Shown here: one piece after another, positions 57,308 to 64,000 of the stretch
Position numbering within the stretch: the stretch's first letter is position 1
Layout of the letters: every line of letters begins with the position of its first letter
IMG/VR virus record: IMGVR_UViG_3300047368_000324
Location: 1 to 64,000 of that record
DNA length: 64,000 nucleotides
Reading direction: 5' to 3' (one strand)
DNA from: a virus
Notes under the pieces: generated by a model
The model's database searches: none
What the model saw: the letters and a program-made list of their open reading frames with translations, nothing else
Told to the model about the DNA's origin: nothing
Translations under genes and position numbers: made by a program

Positions 57308-58807
57308 ATGAGTAATACAAAGAAAAACAAAAAGAGCACTTCTTCTAGAGCAAAAAGTTCTACTAAAACTAGCTCAAGAAAGAAAACACCATTAGAAGAT
57401 CTTCAACAAACAAATGGAAAACTATATGAGCCTACAGTAGATCAGGTTCGTAAATTAGAAGAGATTTTAGAAGTTAAAAAAACAAACCCATTCGGCACAA
57501 ATGATCTTAGAATTTTCGAAGAAAATGTTGCGTCAATGAACTTGACGGATATGCAAGAAGTTGCCGTAAGAGCCGGAGTATTTCCCAGCGGCAATCGAAC
57601 TGTTTTAAAAAATAAATTAATTAAAGCTTTTAAGGCAGAGGGTTTTGGCATTAACAAAAGCGTAGTTGAGTCAGATCACCAGGTTACGCTCGATCCGAAA
57701 AATAAAAAACATAAAGAAATAATCGATTACTTGAATAGTTAAAATGATCACTCTATCTTCTATTGCAGAATCAATCTTTGATGCAGAGTTCTATTGGAAA
57801 GCAGAACTTAAGGACACTAGGTATTCCACTCCAGAAGAAGAAAGGGAAAAGGAGATATTAATTATAGCAGATTGGCTTGAGGCGCATATAGGAGAGTTGA
57901 ATATAATGATTAATACTCATTTTGAAGCAGTAGATGGCGCGGTAGATTTTTACGAAGAAGAGTCAGCCATACTTCGAGAAATGTATATGATGAATTACTA
58001 TCGAAAGCAAGGAAGGAATATGCTTAGGCAATTAGACGGGTCCACCGCGACCGCGACATTTAGCTTTAAAACCATTCGAGAGGGAGATTCAATGATTACT
58101 GCACCTTCTATGTCAGAAAACCAAGCTGTCGCCAGAAGTTACCGTTTATTAATGAATGATTCTAGGCAAGCAATAGAAAAGCTGGTCCATAATTATAACA
58201 TGTATAGATCTAAGCCGAATCAAGTTTCGGGAGATGATGTAAATTAATTTTTTTTTGTGTAATATAACCTATGGAAAACGAACAATCTAGACAAATTTAT
58301 TTCAAAGAAGAAAACGATGCGGATTCTTATGATGTACGCATGTATAGATCCAATCTATTCCAAGCTGCTAAGAATGCACAAAAAATCTTTGATTATCTTG
58401 GGGACGGAGTAGAGCTAGAGGAATGGATGAAACAGCATATCGTTTCCGCTTCAGAGGAGCTTAATCAAGTTAGGCAAGCCCTAGAGTATAATAAAGAATA
58501 TCCAGAAAAAGCAGAATCTCTTCCCGAAGAAGAAGAAGTTGAGAACAATTATCTATCGAACGAGGATAAAAGATATCCTATGCCGCAAGAATCTGAAAGC
58601 AGCGAACAATTCATGACAAGATGCATATATGATGCTAACATGAAAAAAAGATACCCTGAGCAGGGAGATCGCTTTATGGCTTGCATGCTAATATTAAACG
58701 GACCTAACGAAAACGTTACAGATAATCCTGGAGAAAAATTTGAAGACCCAATGGACCCTGCAAAAAAAGATATTCCGCTAGATCCTCAAAAACCTATACT
58801 GCCTTAA
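57308..58807 (+). CDS. three late genes (57308-57742, 57744-58247 possible head-tail adaptor, 58271-58807)
   Basis: Follow the capsid gene; GTGTA motifs at 57281 and 58257. Confidence 0.6.
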
Positions 58808-61277
58808 TTGTATTAAAAACTTTTCCATTTTTGATGGAAAACAGTATTCTGGAGTTTTCTTTCAACTCTTTAGAAATTAGTAATGTCGCAAGTGGGTCTT
58901 CGATTTGTTTTTGAATAATTCTAGAAATAGGCCTGGCTCCAAATTTAGAATCCTCTAATTGCCTAACGATATCTTCTTTGATTGTTTTAGAAATAGATAA
59001 TTTTATATTTTTAACTTTGAGCTTTTCTTTAATTGGTTTCAATTCTAAGTCTATTATTTTCAATAAAGATTCTTTGTCAAAGGGCTTGAACATTACAACT
59101 TCTGTTAATCTATTAACAAATTCTGGCCTTAGTGCTTGACTGGCTTTTTCAATTAATTTTTCTGTATATTTTTCGTTTTCATTTTCTGCTGGAGCAAATC
59201 CAACGCCGGGTTTTTTATGCGCAAGTTCACTACCTATATTGCCAGTGATTATAATTATTGCGTTCCTAAAGTCTCCAACTCGACCTAATCCATCTGTTAA
59301 CCTTCCTTCTTCCAGTATTTGCAACATTGATTGAATAACATCAGGGTGAGCTTTTTCTATTTCGTCAAATAAAACTACGCTATGTGGGTTTTTCATGATT
59401 TTATCGATTAAAACCGAGCCCTCTTCGTAGCCTACATATCCTGGAGATGCGCCAGCAAGTCTAGTGCTTGCAGTCTTCTCTGAATACTCACTCATATCCA
59501 AGTGAATTATTTCCGATTTCTCTCCTAATAGGCATTTTGAAATTTGTTTAGCGGTGTGGGTTTTACCTAATCCGCTCTGGCCTAATAATAAGAAACTGCC
59601 TATTGGTTTGCACTCATTTCTTAATCCAGACTTAGATCTAAGTATTGCTTGGCATATAGAATCTACAGCTTCTTTTTGACCTATAATTTTAGCCTCAAGT
59701 TTTTTATTTAAATTTAGGAACTTTTCGGACTCTGTCATTGAGAGCTCGCTCATGGGGATGGAGGTGATTTGGCTTACTGTTTTTAGAATATCTTCTTCTT
59801 TAATTTTTATCTTTGCCTTGAATTTTTTCATAGCCCACTGATTTAATTTTTGTGAATACTTTTCTAATAAAGAATCTTGGCTTTTAATTATTTCAATTTT
59901 ATCTAATTCATTAATGCATTTTTCTTCTTCCTTCATTAATCTTTCTAGCTCAGCCTCCATGTCTTTGATAGACTTAGGCCTTACAAATGCTTTAATTTTA
60001 ATTTTTGCCCCTGTTTGATCTAAGATGTCTATGGCTTTGTCGGGGAATTGTCTACTAGGTAGGTATCGATTTGCCAAGTTTACGATTAAGTCTAAGCATT
60101 CCTTGGGATAAGATACATGATGAAACGTTTCGTATTTTGAGACAATGCCGTTAAGGATTTCTCTTGTTTCTACCGCAGACGGAGGCATGCATTTAATTGG
60201 CTGAAACCTTCTGTCTAGCGCTGCATCCTTAAGTATGCTTTTCTTATATTCATTATGAGTTGTCGCTCCAATGCATCTAATATCACCCCTGGCAAGCATG
60301 GGCTTTAAAATATTCGCAGCGTCCATAGTTCCTTCTGCACTACCTGCGCCAACCAGAGTGTGAATTTCATCTATAAACAATATAAATCTTTCTGCTTCCC
60401 TAACCTCTTCCAAAAGACCTTTGAGTCTTTCCTCGAACTGACCCCTGTATTTTGTCCCAGCGATCATTCCTGCTAGGTCTACGGATAAAATATTCTTATC
60501 TAGTAAATGTTCTGGTGCATTACCTTTTGCGATAATTTGAGAAAGGCCTTCGACTAGGGCGGTTTTTCCTACTCCAGCTTCCCCTAGTAGTACGGGATTG
60601 TTCTTAGTTCTTCTACATAAGGTTTCGCACATTTCAAGCATTTCGTCGTCCCTGCCTATAATTTTATCGAACTTACCCTGCGATGCCAAAAGGGTATAGT
60701 TGGTAGTATATTTTTCAATTAAAGATGGGCTTTGATTTTTTTTACTTTTTTGCGCTGGCGGACTCAATGGTTGCGCTGGGAAATTAGGGTAAATATCTTG
60801 AGGATGAACAACATATGGAGTTTCATTACTAATTGATAATTTAAAATAATTTTTAATTTCTTCTATAATTATGTCTTCAGGTATATTAATATCTTTAAAA
60901 TACTGATTAATAGGGGAGTTTTCATATTTAAGCATGGCAAGTAATAAATGCTCGATGCCTACATAATCATGCCCAAAGTTGTGACTGATAAGGGTTGCTA
61001 TCTCAAGTATTTGTTTGAATTTTTTATCAAAGGTTATGTCTTTAATATCTTTTGCTTTTGTCCTTTTCCATTTTCTGGCCACAGATTCTATTAAAGAAGT
61101 TGGGTCCAGACCTACAGATATTAAAACTTCATGAACGATTCCTGCTTTTAGGTTTAGGATTCCTAAAAATAAATGCTCTAAGGAAACTTTGCTATGTCCC
61201 AGCTCTTTGCAGCATTTTTTTGCGATTTCTATTGCTCGCTGTGCGCGAGGCGTAAAGTTTGGCTTATGTTCCATCAT
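58794..61277 (-). CDS. clpC: ClpA/ClpC-type AAA+ chaperone
   Basis: Clp-N repeats, RRTKNNPVLLGEAGVGKT, FIDEIH, GQSGLGKT, FDEIEKAHPD, ClpP-docking VGF loop. Confidence 0.92.
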   Translation of the reverse strand: MMEHKPNFTPRAQRAIEIAKKCCKELGHSKVSLEHLFLGILNLKAGIVHEVLISVGLDPTSLIESVARKWKRTKAKDIKDITFDKKFKQILEIATLISHNFGHDYVGIEHLLLAMLKYENSPINQYFKDINIPEDIIIEEIKNYFKLSISNETPYVVHPQDIYPNFPAQPLSPPAQKSKKNQSPSLIEKYTTNYTLLASQGKFDKIIGRDDEMLEMCETLCRRTKNNPVLLGEAGVGKTALVEGLSQIIAKGNAPEHLLDKNILSVDLAGMIAGTKYRGQFEERLKGLLEEVREAERFILFIDEIHTLVGAGSAEGTMDAANILKPMLARGDIRCIGATTHNEYKKSILKDAALDRRFQPIKCMPPSAVETREILNGIVSKYETFHHVSYPKECLDLIVNLANRYLPSRQFPDKAIDILDQTGAKIKIKAFVRPKSIKDMEAELERLMKEEEKCINELDKIEIIKSQDSLLEKYSQKLNQWAMKKFKAKIKIKEEDILKTVSQITSIPMSELSMTESEKFLNLNKKLEAKIIGQKEAVDSICQAILRSKSGLRNECKPIGSFLLLGQSGLGKTHTAKQISKCLLGEKSEIIHLDMSEYSEKTASTRLAGASPGYVGYEEGSVLIDKIMKNPHSVVLFDEIEKAHPDVIQSMLQILEEGRLTDGLGRVGDFRNAIIIITGNIGSELAHKKPGVGFAPAENENEKYTEKLIEKASQALRPEFVNRLTEVVMFKPFDKESLLKIIDLELKPIKEKLKVKNIKLSISKTIKEDIVRQLEDSKFGARPISRIIQKQIEDPLATLLISKELKENSRILFSIKNGKVFNTIKAV

Positions 61278-61288
61278 ATTGAATTACA

Positions 61289-63844
61289 CTATTTTACGTC
61301 AGCGAGTTTCATATAGATGCTCTCATTCATGATTTTTAAATTTCTTATGAAAAAGGTTTCATCTCCTTTTGACCCGTAAGCTGCCACTATACTATTTTTT
61401 TGTGGAACTTCATTGTTTTCTAAGAATTCATCTAAGCTTTTACTTCTTCTGTTATTGCAGAGCATGCATTGAAATATGCCGTTTTCGTCCGCAATTTCAA
61501 CTTTCATATATTTATTCCCAGACCTACTCGTTCGAACAAAACTATCTTGAACTGAGCCAATAATGCTCGCTGAATCATTTTGCTGCATGCTTAAATAGTC
61601 TGAAAAGCTAATAAATTTTTGTCCATTTTTAGAAAAAATATTTTTTAAGTTCTGACTATAAGAATAGCCTAATAGCTGATTCTCAAAATACCAGTCTGCG
61701 AAATTACTACTTTGGATGTTTTTTTGATATATTTTTCTATAAGGTTCATACTTATTTTTAAAGGTTTGAAACCTAGACTCTTTAAATAAAGGCTTTCCAT
61801 CATCAGCTGGCAGCTGTTTGTCTCTGGCGTCAACAATGCTATCTAGTAGTTTATAGTTATACTTAGCTCCGAGTTCCAAGAAGTTTCTTTTTTCTCTTGG
61901 GGTTAAAATATTAAACACCTGAGCTTCTAAAACTAACAAAGGTCTACTACCTTCAAAGTTAGATAAGGCACCAGCCTGTATTAGAGAACATAGGGTTCCT
62001 ATATTCAATCCAGCTTGCTTTGCCGCAATAAACATCTCATACTTTGAGTCCGTATCTTCTCCTCGGAATTTAATAAGAGAGTCTATAGACTTCTCGCTAA
62101 TACCTTTAATACTATTCAGTCCATATCTAATATTTTTCCCTTCGACTTTAAAATCCATATCTGACTTTGCTAGGTTTGGTGGAAGCAATTTGATATTAAA
62201 GTTGCTTAATTCTTTACTAATTCTGCTAATTTCTTCTTGCGGCGCAGGCTCAAACCTGGTCATTTTTAATAAAGATAAAAAGAATTCTTGAGGGTATTTG
62301 AACTTTAAGTAAGTCGTCCATGCTGAAAGGGTGGAGTATGCGATAGAATGACTTTTATTAAAAGAATAGTTTGCACTATCTTCCGCAACTTTCCATAATA
62401 TTTCACCAATTTCTTTAGGTAATTTATTCTCAATAATTTTATTTTTAATTTTATCCCTCCACTCTTTCATTTTGTCGACTTTTTTCTTACCAACAATTCT
62501 TCTGAGCTGTTCGGATTCATCTAAAGTAAAGCCTACCTTTACTGCCATTTTCATCAACTGCTCTTGATAGAGAGGTATGCCGCCCGTGTAACCCAAAACT
62601 TCATCGAAGAACTCATGAATACTCTGAAAGCTACCTGTCTGGACATATCTTTCATAATTAGATAAAAACTCTAAGGCTCCAGGTCTTGCGATGGCTAGAA
62701 CTGCACTAAGCTCTTCTATATTTTTAGGTTTAATTTTTTTACAAACTTTGTAATCTGTCTCCGCTTCTATTTGAAACAGCCCGTGAGGAGTATTTAAATC
62801 TTGAAGCGGTAAATATACGTCGCCCGAGTGAAGGTCGATATCTTCAGCTTGAATACCTGCTAGTTTACAGGTCTCATCTATAACGCTTAAAGTTCTTAAA
62901 CCCAAGATATCAAACTTAACCATTAATTCTGCAACCCAATTCATGTCATAACCAGTAATTAAAACTCCTTCGGAATTTTTATGTACGGGGCATATGTCTG
63001 ATATTTTCTGCCTTGAGATTGCTATACCTGAAGGATGAACTCCTGTGTTTTTATTTAAGCTTTCTATGCCTTTCGCTACTTCAAAAATTTCTATATTTTC
63101 ATCCGCCCATTTCTTGAAATCTTCACTTTCCTCGTAAGCCTGAGATAAAGGTAAAACTTTTCCAAACTGTTTTGGTATCATGTCACTAACTCTTGCTGCC
63201 TCACTTTCATCTAAATCTCCGACTATTTTAATGCACTCTTTCATGCACAACTTTCCACTCAAAGTATTTAAGGTTAGAATTTTAGCAGTTCTTCCTGGGT
63301 GTTTTTTCTCAATGTACTCAATTACTTTTGGTCTATGCTCATAAGCAATATCATTATCTACATCCGCTAATAGGCTACCATCTAAATAGATTTTATTATT
63401 TTTTTCTATTTTCCTAGCTCTGCTTTTGGAGACAAACCTTTCAAAAAATAAATCGTTCTCTACAGGGTCTATCTTTGTCACACCAATTAAATATAACACA
63501 AGCGATCCCGCTGCAGAACCTCTTCCTGGGCCTGTGGGTATTTTACTTCTGTGGCAAAATTTCAATATATCCCAATTCAATAAAATATAATCAACAAAGC
63601 CAAGTTCATTTAATATTGATAGTTCTTCTTTTGCTCGATCATAGTAAACTTGTTTATTGTCTTTTTTATGTATATCAAAATCTTTAATACCTTTCCTGCA
63701 CAAAGACTTTAAGAATTCAAAATTATCTATATCATTTGACACATTTAATTCTTCATATTCTTTATGTCCAATATTAATATTTGGAAGCAATACTCCTGGC
63801 TCCATGCAGTCTTTATATTCTGTAAAATTATCTGAAAAACTCAT
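61289..63844 (-). CDS. dnaE: DNA polymerase III alpha subunit lacking the PHP domain
   Basis: GPGRGSAAGSLVLY, LFFERF, ADVDND, GVHPSG, KFDILGL, YSFNKSHS; starts just before the palm region. Confidence 0.93.
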   Translation of the reverse strand: MSFSDNFTEYKDCMEPGVLLPNINIGHKEYEELNVSNDIDNFEFLKSLCRKGIKDFDIHKKDNKQVYYDRAKEELSILNELGFVDYILLNWDILKFCHRSKIPTGPGRGSAAGSLVLYLIGVTKIDPVENDLFFERFVSKSRARKIEKNNKIYLDGSLLADVDNDIAYEHRPKVIEYIEKKHPGRTAKILTLNTLSGKLCMKECIKIVGDLDESEAARVSDMIPKQFGKVLPLSQAYEESEDFKKWADENIEIFEVAKGIESLNKNTGVHPSGIAISRQKISDICPVHKNSEGVLITGYDMNWVAELMVKFDILGLRTLSVIDETCKLAGIQAEDIDLHSGDVYLPLQDLNTPHGLFQIEAETDYKVCKKIKPKNIEELSAVLAIARPGALEFLSNYERYVQTGSFQSIHEFFDEVLGYTGGIPLYQEQLMKMAVKVGFTLDESEQLRRIVGKKKVDKMKEWRDKIKNKIIENKLPKEIGEILWKVAEDSANYSFNKSHSIAYSTLSAWTTYLKFKYPQEFFLSLLKMTRFEPAPQEEISRISKELSNFNIKLLPPNLAKSDMDFKVEGKNIRYGLNSIKGISEKSIDSLIKFRGEDTDSKYEMFIAAKQAGLNIGTLCSLIQAGALSNFEGSRPLLVLEAQVFNILTPREKRNFLELGAKYNYKLLDSIVDARDKQLPADDGKPLFKESRFQTFKNKYEPYRKIYQKNIQSSNFADWYFENQLLGYSYSQNLKNIFSKNGQKFISFSDYLSMQQNDSASIIGSVQDSFVRTSRSGNKYMKVEIADENGIFQCMLCNNRRSKSLDEFLENNEVPQKNSIVAAYGSKGDETFFIRNLKIMNESIYMKLADVK

Positions 63845-64000
63845 ACTTCAATGTCCCATATCATTTTTTTAAAAAAATCAACATTTCTTTCAATGTCATA
63901 CAATGCATCATGCAGTTTCTCTGCTTCAAATTCTATATCATAATCTTTGCAGCACTGCTGTAGGTTTACTTTTAAATTCCTCTCTCTTATATTGAGCAGT
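63841..64000 (-). CDS. 3' end of DEDDh 3'-5' exonuclease (DnaQ/epsilon-like), truncated by window edge
   Basis: Hand translation ...LQQCCKDYDIEFEAEKLHDALYDIERN...WDIEV* contains ExoIII HxAxxD; stop overlaps the dnaE start (ATGA). Confidence 0.75.
   Translation of the reverse strand, partial: LLNIRERNLKVNLQQCCKDYDIEFEAEKLHDALYDIERNVDFFKKMIWDIEV

Noticed and set aside
1-64000. Stop-codon reassignment or diversity-generating retroelement
   Set aside because: Long genes are intact in the standard code with TAA, TGA and TAG stops; no reverse transcriptase or TR/VR pair noticed by eye.

Overview
AT-rich fragment of a large, probably lytic, tailed dsDNA phage. No rRNA, tRNA, CRISPR array, integrase or transposase was seen. 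1-26.6 kb is an early/accessory region of many short genes: UvsE, ATP-dependent ligase, two HhH-GPD glycosylases, rIIA/rIIB, DUF932, Gp88 and WYL-like genes. About 20 sigma70 promoters there appear to make leaderless mRNAs. Genes run on + to about 22.5 kb and on - from 22.6 to 26.6 kb. After a G/C-tract junction at about 26.7 kb come Hsp20 (sigma54 promoter), a glycosylation/methyltransferase cluster, a 3846-aa virion-like protein, PhoH, a probable lysis cassette with a papain-like peptidase, a phage sigma factor, an ERCC4 nuclease, TerL, head genes, ClpC, a PHP-less DnaE and a truncated DnaQ-like exonuclease. Many of these late genes have a GTGTA-N9/10-ATG motif. Strongest unexplained signals: (1) six complete copies plus one half copy of an ~80-bp element (25-bp quasi-palindromic arm / 12 bp / CCTAGG / 12 bp / arm) between early gene cassettes at 17.6-25.7 kb, with copies that look like reciprocal recombinants at the CCTAGG core, a candidate cassette-shuffling system; (2) an ~430-nt structured non-coding RNA with its own promoter, rrn-like boxA leader and terminator; (3) an MraZ-box-like GTGGG array. 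All protein calls are motif recognition by eye, not database hits.
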